DNA of 64,000 nt, taken from Heterodontus francisci. Its lineage: Eukaryota. The stretch is from positions 1-64,000 of the forward strand of contig NW_027140807.1 in NCBI RefSeq assembly GCF_036365525.1, written 5' to 3'. Position 1 is the first letter of the stretch; each line of letters starts with the position of its first letter. The notes below the pieces were generated by a model, which searched no databases, was not told the DNA's origin, and worked only from the letters and a program-made list of their open reading frames with translations. The translations under genes and the position numbers were made by a program. Below, piece after piece: positions 51,160 through 63,866 of the stretch.

Positions 51160-51760
51160 TGTCTCATTCTGTGTGTGTGTGTGTCTGTCACCCAATCTGT
51201 CTCACTCTCTTCCTCTGTGTTTTTTTTGCTTTTCTCTCGCACTTCCTTCTTCCCCCTCTCTGTCCTCCTCTCTCTCCTCTGTCTGTCTCTATGTCTCAGT
51301 CGCTTTCCCTCAGTCGCTTTCTCTCAGTCTCTCTCTCAGTCTCTCTCTCTCAGTCTCTCTCTCTCAGTCTCTCTAACGCTCTCTCTCTCTGTCCCTCTCT
51401 CACTCTCTGTCTCGCTCTGTCTCTCAGTCTCTCTCTCTGTCTCTCTGTCTCAGTGTCTCTGTCTCAGTCTCTTCCTCTGTGTTTTTTGTTTTCCCTCTCG
51501 CTCTTTCTTGTTCCCCCTCTCTGTCCTCCTCGCTCTCCTCTCTCTTCTCCTCTCTGTCTCAATCTCTCTTTCTCAGTCTCTCTCTCAGTCTCTCTCTGTC
51601 TCAGGCTCAGTCTCTCTGTCTCTTTGTCTCAGTCTATCTGTCCCAGTCTCTGTCTCTCTGTCTCAGTCTCTCTGTCGCTGTCAGTTTTCCTCTCAATCTT
51701 GTTCTATCCCTCTCTCACACACTCGGTCTCCTTCTCTTTGTCTCTCTCGTTGAGTGTGTG
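51160..51760. repeat. CT-rich microsatellite/low-complexity tract (similar tracts at ~48.95-49.5, 50.6-50.8, 57.45-57.7, 62.7-63.04 and 63.4-63.66 kb)
   Basis: (CT)n/(CTGT)n degenerate runs; source of the S/L-rich spurious ORFs. Confidence 0.9.
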
Positions 51761-52210
51761 TGTATCCCTCTCGAAGGTGATGAATGTGCTTCTCCTGTCA
51801 ATGTGTATGAAGCTCGAGGGCTGTATGATCTCTGCCTCTTTCTGTTTTCCTATTAAATGTTTGCCAGGCCATTGTGTATTCATGGTCCTAGAGCACCCTC
51901 TGTTAACCCTACAGAGGAGGAAAACTCAGTGTCAATGCAGAAGAACTCAAGTCGTTTTATAATTGATCTTTCCTGATAGTTAGAACCTCTGATCTCGTGT
52001 TATCCTTGTCAATTGTTCTTAGCACATTCTCTACTACCTGTATATCTAATCTCTCACTACCACTCTGACCCATCTCTTCTTGTTATCATAAACACTTTCG
52101 CTCTGCAAAACAAAAGAAATTCGAGGCTTCGGGCAGTTTTACCCTCCACAGGTGTTTCCTGCTGCCTTTGGGGTTTTTGTTGAACTGCTCCAACTCTCTG
52201 AGTCACTGTA

Positions 52211-52684
52211 ATCTCTCCAGGTACAGAAATACACTGCCGTGTGATTCTTCCGCAGGCTGGAGGGCTCCAGATTGAACTGGGAGCTAGTCAGTCTCTCGGC
52301 GGTGAAACCGTCCACCGCCTTCTCCGGATTTATGTGATCAGTACCTGTGGAGTAAAACATAAACTGTGGCTCCTTCCCCGGGTATTGTCTGTACCAGAAC
52401 ATGTCAGGGTTACTGCTGCCCTGCACGGTGCATTTCAGCTTCACCTGCTGCTCAGAAAATTTGGAGACAGCGGCGGGAGTCTGGTGGATAGTCTGTGTGT
52501 TCACATCTGGGAAAGAGACATGGAGAGGAGGAGATCAGTAAACAGGGAACTTCAGTCCAGTGGGAGAGAGAAAGAGAGAAATAAATAAATAAAAACATCA
52601 CCTAAAGAAATGTTAAGTAGAATTATTGTTTCAATAAAATGCCTTACGGTGAAACAGGTTGATCAGAGTCAGTAACGGATACAT
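52211..52684 (-). CDS. TRBV: TCR beta V gene V9 (family D), open reading frame but defective RSS: leader 52648-52684, V exon 52211-52506
   Basis: Open frame to YFCTWRD; heptamer 52204-52210 reads TACAGTG (invariant first C lost); nonamer 52172-52180 perfect. Confidence 0.85.
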
Positions 52685-53344
52685 CATTTACTTTAAGCTG
52701 CCCTCTGAATCAGCAAAGGGGAGAGAGCAGGAGCGATGAGTGTTGTCAATAACCAACCCACTCTTTACAAATCATTGGGAGGAACAGGAAGGGCATTAGG
52801 AAGTGATGCAGAGATGGTGACGCCCAGGTAAACAAGTCAGAGTGGAGTAGGTTGACAATGTCTCTCTCTCTCTCTCTATTTGCATATATCCAGCTTTATG
52901 TCTACAACTCTTTCACTCTCTTTCTCTCTCTGTATCTGTGTGTGTTTGTGTGTGTGTGCATCTTTCTGTCTCTGTCTCCCTCTGTCCCGTTCATTTCCAC
53001 TGAGCTTTTCCTCACGACGTCTCCCTGATTCACCCTCTCTGTCTCTATGTTTCATCACCGGATTGATTGAGAACCAGAGGTCATTTATTGAAGGTAATTG
53101 GCAGAAGATCCAAAGGTGAACTGAGGAAACGTTTTGACACAGTGAATGGTTAGGATCTGGAATGCACTACCTGAGAGTGCGGGGGAGGCAGATTCAATCG
53201 TGGCTTTCAAAAGGAATTTTGAATAATTATGTGTAAGGAAAATGTGCAGTGTTATGTAGAAAGGGCAGGGGGAGTGGGACCAGCTGCAGAGACCAAATAC
53301 AGCAACAGGCTAACAGCATTGTGGAACATCCTGCATTCAGGCTG

Positions 53345-53840
53345 CAAGTGTGACCCTGAGATTCCGGTTAGCGGATACTTTTAATTCTCATTCCCACTCC
53401 CACCCTGACCTCTCTGTCCTCGACCTCCTTCTCTGCTCCAGTGAAGCTCAACAGAAACTCGAAGAAAAGCACCTCATCTTTCAATTGGATTCTTTACAGC
53501 TTTCTGGGCTCAACAGTGAGTTAAACAATTTCTGATCGTAACCACTGCTCCGGTTTATATGGGCAGAGGTTTGTTGGTAATGATTGTGTTTCTGCCATTT
53601 CCATCTCCACTAGACCCATCTCTTGTTCTTTACTTGACCCATTAACATCCCCTTTGTCTTGCACCAGCCTTAGTTTTGTTATTAAATCTCTCCTGCATTC
53701 CTCCGATTCTCCCTCTCCCTGGCTTTGTGCTGCTTAAAAGTTGATAGACCTCTAAATCCTTCCAGTTCTGCTGAATGATCTAGGACCTGATATGTTAATT
53801 TTTCCCCCTCCACAGAGGCTGTCTGACCTGATTAGTATTT
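53345..53840 (+). mobile_element. Penelope-like element 3' fragment
   Basis: FNSHSHSHPDLSVL...QQKLEEKHLIFQLDSLQLSGLN resembles the GIY-YIG C-terminal region of vertebrate Penelope elements. Confidence 0.65.
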
Positions 53841-54485
53841 CCATCCTTATTTATTTATAACCCAGAAACGCAATGAGCACCAATATAGTGACAGAGCCCC
53901 AAGAACCTAAACCATCCAGCATCTGCGGTATCTTGTGTTCAGTTCACCAGACTGTAACCGGGATGTATTTCTATAATTATCAGGAGAGGTTCATAGACAA
54001 GTTTCAAAGTCCCTATTGAAACATCATCAATAATCTGATACTTATCACGGTCCTACACCGCCCTCTGCTGTCCCTTTGGATAAAGACAACACAGTCGGTG
54101 AATAAAACACAACAGTGTCTGTCTGCCTGCCAGCTATCTATCGACCTATCTCCCTAGCTATCTGATCTTCACTTCACACATTAAACCCTTTCATAATCTT
54201 TCTAAGAACTATGAATGTTCAGCCTTCAGACTTCTCCTTTCTGGAGCAAAGATGTTCAAACTATCTTTGTTCCGATATCATTCCTGTCAAGTCTATTTCA
54301 CAATTCCCCTGTGCTTCTATATCTAACCTCTCACTTTCTGTTTAAATCCGCCCTGTCTTCTTGTGAAAAACACTTTTCCAATGCCAAAAACAACCAACAG
54401 GACGCAGCACAGCCTGGTTTTATCTGAAACAGGTGTTTCCTGCTGCCTTTGGGGTTTTTGTTGAACTGCTCCATCTCTCACTGTG

Positions 54486-54941
54486 AAGACTCCAGGCACA
54501 GAAATACACGGCCGAGTGATTCTCACGCAGGCTGGAGGACTCCAGTTTGAACTCGTACTTATTAATTTTCTCGGCGGTAAAACCTTTCCCCGTCCCCTCT
54601 GGATCCACATAGTTAGCAGTACTGGAGTAAAACATCAACAGCGGCTCCTTCCCCGGGTGTTGTCTGTATCAGTACATGGAGATGCTACTGCTGCTCCCCT
54701 TGACAGTGCACATCAGTTCTACTCCTTTCCCGGGAAATCTGGAGACAGCGGCGGGAGTCTGGTGGATAGTCTGTGAGTTCACATCTGGGACAGAGATGGA
54801 CAGAGGAGGAGATCAGTAAACAGGGAATTTCTGGGAATGAAAGGGAGACAGGGAGAGGAGAGGAAGGTTATTAACAATAATCTTTGCAATTCATACTCAC
54901 TTACAGTGAAACAGGATTATCAGACCCAGTAACAGATACAT
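54486..54941 (-). pseudogene. TRBV: TCR beta V pseudogene V10 (family D): leader 54905-54941, V exon 54486-54784
   Basis: Conserved Trp of WYRQ is TGA (54669-54671); RSS spacer only 17 bp (54462-54478); promoter truncated at ~55031. Confidence 0.9.
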
Positions 54942-55058
54942 CTTTCACTGTAACTTGTTCTCTTAATAGACACAGGAGTGACAGTAGGAGCTTAGAGTCT
55001 TGTGAAGGTCCAAATCCACTCTTTACAAATCTTTCCTGCTGCCTTTGGTGTTTTTGTT

Positions 55059-56690
55059 ATTAGAATTAGAATTAGAACATTACAGCGCAGTACAGGCCCT
55101 TCGGCCCTCGATGTTGCACCGACCTGTGAAACCATCTGACCTACACTATTCCATTTTCATCCATATGTCTATCCAATGACCACTTAAATGCCCTTAAAGT
55201 TGGCGAGTCTACTTCTGTTGCAGGCAGGGCGTTCCACGCCCCTACTACTCTCTGAGTAAAGAAACTACCTCTGACATCTGTCCTATATCTATCACCCCTC
55301 AACTTAAAGCTATGTTCCCTCGTGTTTGCCATCCCCATCCGAGGAAAAAGACTCTCACTATCCACCCTATCTAACCCTCTGATTATCTTATATGTCTCTA
55401 TTAAGTCACCTCTCCTCCTCCTTCTCTCCAACGAAAACAACCTCAAGTCCCTCAACATTTCCTCGTAGGACCTTCCCTCCATACCAGGCAACATCCTAGT
55501 AAATCTCCTCTGCACCCTTTCCAAAGCTTCCACATCCTTCTTCTAATGCGGTGACCAGAACTGCACGCAATACTCCAGGTGCAGTCTCACCAGAGTTTTG
55601 TACAGCTGCAGCATGACCTCGTGGCTCCGAAACTCGATCCCCCTACTAATAAAAGCTAACACACCATATGCCTTCTTAACAGCCCTATTAACCTGGGTAG
55701 CAACCTTCAGGGATTTATGCACCTGGACACCAAGATCTCTCTGTTCATCTACACTACCAAGAATCTTCCCATTAGCCCAGTACTCTGCATTCCTGTTACT
55801 CCTTCCAAAGTGAATCACCTCGCACTTTTCCGCATTAAACTCCATTTGCCATCTCTCAGCCCAGCTCTGCAGCCTATCTATGTCCCGCTGTACCCTACAA
55901 CATCCTTCGGCACTATCCACAACTCCACCGACCTTAGTGTCATCTGCAAATTTACTAACCCACCCTTCTACACCCTCTTCCAGGTCATTTATAAAAATGA
56001 CAAACAGCAGTGGCCCCAAAACAGAACCTTGCGGTACACCACTAGTAACTAAACTCCAGGATGAACATTTGCCATCAACCACCACCCTCTGTCTTCTTTC
56101 AGCTAGCCAATTTCTGATCCAAAGCTCGAAATCCCCTTCAACCCCATACTTCCGTATTTTCTGCAATAGCCTACCGTGGGGAACCTTATCAAACGCCTTA
56201 CTGAAATCCATATAGACCACATCCACGGCTTTACCCTCATCCACCTGTTTGGTCACCTTCTCGAAAAACTCAATAAGGTTTGTGAGGCACGACTTACCCG
56301 TCACAAAACCGTGCTGACTATCTCTAATGAACTTATTCTTATCAAGATGATTATAAATCCTGTCTCTTATAACCTTTTCCAACATTTTACCCACAACCGA
56401 AGTAAGGCTCACAGGTCTATAATTACCAGGGCTGTCTCTACTCCCCTTCTTGAACAAGGGGACAACATTTGCTATCCTCCAGTCTTCCAGCACTATTCCT
56501 GTCGACAATGATGACATAAAGATCAAGGACAAAGTCTCTGCAATCTCCTCCCTGGCTTCCCAGAGAATCCTAGGATAAATCCCATCTGGCCCAGGGGACT
56601 TATCTATTTTCACACTTTCCAAAATTGCTAACACCTCCTCCTTGTGAACCTCAATCCCATCTAGCCGAGTAGCCTGAATCTCAGTATTCT
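55059..56690 (-). mobile_element. Young 5'-truncated CR1 LINE; ORF2 reverse transcriptase intact except one stop (55543-55545)
   Basis: 363-aa plus 130-aa in-frame ORFs with KSPGPDG, NYRPVSLTS, QHGF, AFDKVPH, PQGSVLGP, FADD; (TTCTAA)n tail at 55059-55078. Confidence 0.95.
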
Positions 56691-56804
56691 TCCACTCTGC
56701 TAAACGAAAGAAGTTCTAGGCTCCGAGCAGTTTTATCTTCCACAGGTGTTTCCTGCTGCCTTTGGGGTTTTTGTTGAACTGCTCCATCTCTCTAAGTCAC
56801 TGTG

Positions 56805-57277
56805 AAGACTCCAGGCACAGAAATACACGGCCGAGTGATTCTCCCGCAGACTGGAGGACTCCAGGTTGAAGTCGAAGATACTCGGTCTCTCGGCGGTGAA
56901 ACCGTCCACCGTCCCCTCTGATTTCACGTTTTGTGCAGCGATGGAGTAAAACATCATCTGCGGCTCCTTCCCCGGGTATTGTCTGTACCAGTACATGTAG
57001 AGGATACTGGTGCTGCTGCCCTGCACGGTGCACTTCAGTTCCACTCTCTCACCAGGCAATTTAGAGACAGCGGTGGGAGTCTGGTGGATAGTCTGTGAGT
57101 TCACATCTGGGAAAGAGACAGAGAGATCAGTAAACAGGGAAATTCAGTGTCTTGGGGAGAGAGAAGAGAGAGAGAGAATCTAAGATAAATAAAACGAAAG
57201 AAATGTTAAGTAGAATTATTGTTTCAATAAAATCCCTTACGGTGAAACAGGGTGATCAGAGTCAGTAACAGATACAT
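56805..57277 (-). CDS. TRBV: TCR beta V gene V11 (family D): leader 57241-57277 (MYLLLTLITLFH), V exon 56805-57106
   Basis: LKC...WYRQ...AVYFCAWS open frame; consensus 23-RSS heptamer 56798-56804, nonamer 56766-56774. Confidence 0.93.
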
Positions 57278-58566
57278 CTTTTACTTTATGCTGCCGTCTA
57301 AATCAGCAAAGAGGAGAGAGCAGGAGTGATGAGTGTAGTCAATAACCAACCCACTCTTTACAAATCATTGGGAGGAACAGGGAGAGCATTAGGAAGTGAT
57401 GCAGAGATGGTGACGCCCAGGTCAACAAGTTAGAGTGGAGTAGGTTGACAACGTCTCTCTCTCTATCTATCTCAATCCGCCTTCCTCTCTCTTTCGTACT
57501 CTTTGTTTCTATCTCTCTCTCTCTCTCTCTGCATGTATCGAGCTTTATGTCTCCAACTCTTTCAATCTCTTTCTCGCTCTGTATCTGTGTGTGTGTGTGT
57601 GTGTGTGTGTGTCGTTCTCTCTCTGTCTCCTTCTGTGCTGAGTTTTTCCTCTCTATGTCTCCCTGATTCACCCTCTCTGTCTCTGTGTTTCATCACCGGA
57701 TGTATTGAGTTCCTGTGCATTGGGGGTTGTTCCCCTCTTTGCAGTGAAGGTGAGAGGGATATTAACCAGACTGGTGCCAGGGATGAGGGACTTCAGTTAC
57801 TGTGGAGAGACTGGAGAAGGTGGGGGTTTCTCTACTTACAGCACAGAAGGTTAATGGTAGATGTGATACAGACATTGAAGATCATAGAGGATTTTGATAG
57901 ATAATTGATGACAAACCACATCATATCTGGTCAATATATAGAAAATCTATGAAAAGATGGTCATTCATTACATTATTACAGTATGTTTAATCAGTTCATA
58001 CAAACTGTAATCAGCTAAAGATAGAGTTAGATAGATAGCGAGAAAGAGCGATAGATAACCAGGTAGAGAGATAGATCGATAGACAGTCAGGTACACAGAT
58101 AGATAGATAGAGAGGCAGAGAAATACAGAGATAGAGGGAAAGTCAGATAGGTAGAGATTTAGCGAGCTAGATAGAGAGGCTGTCACTGCCCGTGTAAAAG
58201 ACAGGGATGTTAATTGGCATTCTCTCGTTTTACACCGGCTTTGTTGCTAGTGGGAGAGAGAGGGAGGGAGAGAGAGGGAGTGTAGGTTTGGAGAAAGAGG
58301 GATGGAGAGAGGGGGAGAGAGGGGGATGGAGAGAGGGATGGAGAGAGGGATGGAGAAAGAGGGATGGAAAGAGGGAGCGACAGGAAGTTATTGATCAGTC
58401 ATGATCTCATTGAAGGTCGGAGTGTTTCCGAGGTGATGAATGGTCTCCTTGTGTTCCCAGGTCACTGTTAAAGTGTGTTGCAGACTCTGATGTTTATCAT
58501 GGTCCGACAGTGCACTCTGCTGTCCCTTTGGAGAAAGGAAACACAGTGACATGACACCACACCGTA

Positions 58567-58637
<71 letters not shown>

Positions 58638-58944
58638 GTGTCTGTCTGTCTATCGTGTTTACCCTTCAGTCTTCTCCTTTCTGGAGCAAAGATCCCCCAA
58701 TGTTCAAATTAATCTTCATAACTTTAAACTCTGTGTTCATGTTAAGTATATTTCGCAATTTCCCTGTTCTTCTTTCTAACCTGCGACCTTCTATTTAAAT
58801 CCACCCTGTCTTCTTGCGGAAAACATGATCCCAATGATAAAAACACCAAACAGGACACAGCACCGCCTGGTTTTATCTAAAACAGGTGTTTCCTGCTGAC
58901 TTTGGGGTTTTTGTTGCACTGTTCCAATTCTCTGAGTCAGTGTG

Positions 58945-59396
58945 AAGTCTCCAGGCTCAGAAATACACGGCCGAGTGATTCTCCTGCAGGCTGGAGGTCT
59001 CCAGATTGAACTGGGAGCTAGTCGCTCTCTCGGCGGTGAAACCGCCCACCGTCCCCTCTGGATCCACATAGTTCGCAGTACTGGAGTAAAACATCAACAG
59101 CGGCTCCTTCCCCGGCTCTTGTCTGTACCAGTACTTGGAGAGGTTACTGCTGCTCCCCTCCACGGTGCACCTCAGTTCCACTCATTTCTCGGGAAATCTG
59201 CAGACAGCGGCTGGAGTCTGGTGGATAGTCTGTGAGTTGACATCTGGGAGAGAGATGGAGAGAGTAGGAGATCATTAAACAGGGAACCTCTGGGAATAAA
59301 AGGGAGACAGAGAGAGGAGAGGAAGGTTCTGAATGATAATCTTTGTATTTGGCACTGACGTTGAACCAGGAATATCAGAGCCAGGAACAGATACAT
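58945..59396 (-). pseudogene. TRBV: TCR beta V pseudogene V12 (family D): leader 59360-59396, V exon 58945-59243
   Basis: TGA at 59182-59184 and TGA replacing the second conserved Cys (58957-58959); heptamer CACACTG 58938-58944. Confidence 0.9.
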
Positions 59397-60430
59397 CTCC
59401 CACTTGGCACTGCCCGATCAAACAGCAAAGGAAGTGGAACAGAGGAAATCAGCTCTGTGACTAACCAATCCGCTCTTTACAAATCATTGAGTAAAACATG
59501 AAGGGCATGAGGAAGTAATGCAGTGTTGGACACGCCCCTTCCACCACCCAACCAATCAGAATGGACGTGGTTGCTTCTGATGGTTGAGTGACTGGAGTAA
59601 GTGTTGTTAACATCCCCAACAAGGGTGTCTGTTGTTCAGTTTCTAATTTACTGATTAGAAATCTCCAATTGTACATAATGAACCTCATCGGCATTCCCAT
59701 ATTAGCCACATGTAGATTTCCAATTATAGACATCTGGATTCCAAATGATCTGCTCCTGTAGGGAATGTATTAGTGCGTGGCTGACTTGACTAGATTCTTA
59801 ATCCACAGCCTCGGCTAGAGTTATAGCGACGTGGGGCGGGGGAGTGGGGGGGGAGGGTGAATCCCACCAACACAGATAATGACATTTCAATGACATTAAT
59901 AATTCTATATTTTCAAAAGAATCTCGTCTAATAATGACCATTGTGGCAACAATCCATCTAGTTCACTGATGTTAGGGAAGGAAATCTACCGCCTTCACCT
60001 GGTCTGGTCTACATGTGACTCCGGATCCACACAATGTGGTTGACCGTTAAATGCCCTCTGGAATGGCCAAGCAAGTCACTCAGTTCAAGGGCAATCAGGG
60101 ATGGGCAATAAATGCTGGCCTAGCCAGCGAGGCCCACATTCCATGAACGAATTAAGAAAAACAGCCAGATGTTGATTCATAAATGGTCAGGTGGGACTCC
60201 TGGCAAACGTTTTCTGCAACATTGGCCCGAGGGATGTAGGTGCAACAATATCTGGGTCACACTGGGCTGCTGATCTATTCGACAGCTTGGTCTGTGCTCA
60301 TTACTGTGCCCATCACCATCAGGGAGGCTCAAATCTACTGCTGCCCCCTGCCAGGGGAAGATGAGCACTGAACTCCTGTTCATCCGCTGCAGGTTTTTGC
60401 AGCTGCGGATACGCTTTCTCAAGCACTGTG

Positions 60431-61264
60431 CGACACTACAAGCGCAGAAATAGACAGCGGTGTGAGATGGAGCGGCGTCTCTCAGTGCCAAAGTAAACAG
60501 TGTATCGCTGGTTCTGACTGCCTTGAATGACTCGGACGTGTAATTGGTAACAGACCCTTCTGTAGCAGAATAGAACAGAGCTTCCAGTGCCCTGTCTGGT
60601 TGTTGTCTGTACCAGTACAGAAAGGAATAGGCAGTATTGGTCAGCGTGCATCTGAGTATTGTTGAATCTCCTGCTGCAATCGATAGGATATAGGGCGACT
60701 GTTCCACATAGGAGGAGAGTATTCCTGTGGAATGGAACATCGATTAGATTATTATTTCAGTCAATAATGGATTGGAGCAGGAGCTGCATTGCAAGAAATA
60801 AAGGGCTTACATTAATATAGCGCCGTTCAGGACCTCAGGACATCAGAAAGGGCATGCAACCAATGTAGGTACTCCCTCAGTACTGTCTCTGCGACAGTGC
60901 AGCACTCCCTCAGTACTGCTTCGACGACAGTGCAGCACTTCCTCAATAGTGCCTCTGTGACAGTGCAGCACTCCCTCTGTGCTGCCTCTGCGACAGTGCA
61001 GCACTCTCTCAGTACAGCCTCTGCGATAGTGCAGCATTCCCTCTGTACTGCCTCTGCGACAGTGCAGCACTCCCTCGGTCCTGACACCTGGGGTGTCAGC
61101 CTTGACTTTGAGCTCAATGTTCTGTAGTGAGACTCTGACACAGGAGTGTTTTGGACAGAATCACCGCTAACATTACAATACATTATTCTGCACACAGTTT
61201 CTGACTTTGACTTACGTGGGAAGAGTGCAGCCATCAAGATTAGACAGAGATTTTCATACAACAT
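60431..61264 (-). CDS. TRBV: TCR beta V gene V13 (family C): leader 61216-61264 (MLYENLCLILMAALFP), V exon 60431-60724
   Basis: Paralogue of V5/V6, open frame to YFCACS; 23-RSS heptamer 60424-60430, nonamer 60392-60400. Confidence 0.93.
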
Positions 61265-63657
61265 GATTTCTTCATTCGATACCAACTCGATGTGTGAACG
61301 TGTGGAGTTTTCAACAACACACTTGCAGGCGGTTTCTATATTGTATCCAATTAAATACCCAGCATCCGGTTGTCATTGTGATTGGCAGTCACTTACTGCG
61401 ACGCTCTGCTCCACCCCATTACATTGTATAGCAATGTTGTAGAATGATACAACACAGGAGGATAGGGGGAGATTGAATAGAGGTGTTCACATTTCAGAAA
61501 GCGCTTTGATAGATTAGAATTCAGGGAAACAACCCTCTCTCCCCAGAGAGTGTGCCCATCCCTTATTGCCTCTGAGAAGGTGGTAGTGAACCATCTTCGG
61601 GAATACCTGCTAGGCCATATCAGAGGGCAGTTAGTAGTCAACTACATTGCTGTGGGTCTGCAATCAGATATAGGCCAGACCGGGTAAGAATGGCAGATTT
61701 CCTTCCCTGAAGGTAATCAATGAAGACGTTGGGTTTTTACGACACTCCATGTTCATGATTACTCATAGTGTCTCTGATAGATTTTTATTTATTTAATTAA
61801 TTGAATTTAAATTGCATTTCTGCCCCAGTGGGAATTGAACTCAAGTCTGGAGATCATTAGTCCAGGCCTCTGGATTACGAGTCCAGTAACATAACTGCTC
61901 TGCTGCCGAACCTCCGTGGTGAATGGGAGTTAAAGGGTTAAATTGTTCACTGGTCTGAACTGCTAATTTCTTTGAAAAACACATCAAATGTGACTGGAGT
62001 CTGAGATGAAAGTGGCTAAACAGGTTTCAGCAGCTTATGAACTCGCTGTCAGGAGGCAGGTGTCCCAGAGATGAAGGTATCTGGAGAGGGGTCTCACCTT
62101 TGAACAGTGTGAAACAGCGCTCAGATGTTTAATGGTTCTGAGCTGAGTTAGTTCCTGTGAATTGGGCAGTTGTTCGCCTCTGTGTAGTGAAGGTTAGAAA
62201 GAGATTAACCATCTGTTACCAGGGATGAGGGACTTCAGTTACTGTGGAGAGACTGGAGAAGCTGGGGGTTTCTCTCCTTAGAGCAGGGAAGGTTAATGGT
62301 AGATGTGATACAGATATTGAAGATCATAGAGGATTTTGATACGTAATTGATGACAAACCACATCTTCTACTGGTCAATGTATAGAAAATCTATGAAAAGA
62401 CGGTCATTTATTACATTACTGCAACATGTTTAATAAGTTCATACAAACTGTAATCACCTAAAGATAGAGTTTGATACATACAGAGACAGAGAGCTAGATA
62501 ATCAGGTAGAGAGATAGATAGATAGAGAGTCAGTCAGGTTGACAGACAGCTATAGAGAGAGGTAGAGATATAGAGAGATCGAGGGAAAGTCATGTAGGTA
62601 GAAAAATAACGAGCGAGATAGAGAGACAGTCACTGCCCTGTAAAAGACAGGGATGTTAATTGGCATTCTCTCATTTTACACCAGCTTGGTAGCGAGAGTG
62701 AAAGAGAGGGTTGGAGAGAGAGGGAGAGAGAGTGATGGAGAGAGAGGCAGAGATGGATGGGGAGAGAGGGAGAGAGAGGAATGGAGATAGGAAGAGAAAG
62801 GGATGGAGAGGAGCAAAGAGAGGGATGGAGAGTGTAGGAGAGAGAGGGATGGAGAGGGATGGAGAGAGAGGGATGGAGAGAGGGTGAGAGAAGGGTGGAG
62901 AGGGAGAGGGAGAGAGAGGGATGGAGACAGGAAGAGAGAGGATGGAGAGTGGGAGCGAGAGGGATAGAGAGAGAGGGAGAGAGAGGGATGGAGAAAGAGA
63001 GGCATGGAGAGAGGGAGAGAGAGGGTTGGAGAGAGAGAGCGATGGGAAGTTATCGATCAGTCATGATCTCAGTGAAATAAAGGATTACTGACCCGAAAGA
63101 AGGGTCACTGACCCGAAACGTTAACTCTGCTTCTCTTTCCACAGATGCTGCCAGACCCGCTGAGTGGTTCCAGGATTTCTTGTCTTTATTTCATGATCTC
63201 AGTGAAGGTCGGAATGTTTTCGAGGTGATGAATGAACTCCTTGTGTTCCCAGGTCACTGTTGAAGTGTCTTCCAGACTCTGATGTTTATCATGGTCCAAC
63301 AGCGCACTCTACTGTCCCTTTGGAGAAAGAAAACACAGTGACATAAAACCACACCTTCAATATCCATTCATCAATCCATCCATCTCTCTCCATCTTTCTC
63401 CCTCTCTCTATCTCTCTCTCTACCTCTCTTTATCTCTCTCTCTCTGTCTCTGTCTCTATCTCTCCCTCTCTCTATCCGTGTCTCTCTTTCTCCCTCTCTC
63501 TCTATCTATCTCTCTATCTATCAATCTCTCTATGTCTCTCTCTATCTATCTATCTATCCATCTCTATTTATTTCTCTCTCTCGCTATCCGTCTCTCTTTC
63601 TCTCTCTTTATCTCTCTCTCTCTATCGATCTCTCAATGCCTCTCTATCTATCTATGT

Positions 63658-63866
63658 NNNNNNNNNNNNNNNNNNNNNNNNNNNNNNNNNNNNNNNNNNN
63701 NNNNNNNNNNNNNNNNNNNNNNNNNNNNNNNNNNNNNNNNNNNNNNNNNNNNNNNNNNNNNNNNNNNNNNNNNNNNNNNNNNNNNNNNNNNNNNNNNNNN
63801 NNNNNNNNNNNNNNNNNNNNNNNNNNNNNNNNNNNNNNNNNNNNNNNNNNNNNNNNNNNNNNNNNN
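63658..63866. other. Assembly gap
   Basis: Run of N within a CT microsatellite. Confidence 1.

Noticed and set aside
51054-51962. 302-aa Ser/Leu-rich ORF
   Set aside because: Translation of CT microsatellite
22759-60724. Possibility that some Vs are IgH-like or NAR-TCR segments
   Set aside because: No WVRQ/VH framework, no supporting-V or private D-J cassettes; all have leaders and 23-type RSSs oriented toward Dbeta. Family assignment still needs a BLAST or tree check
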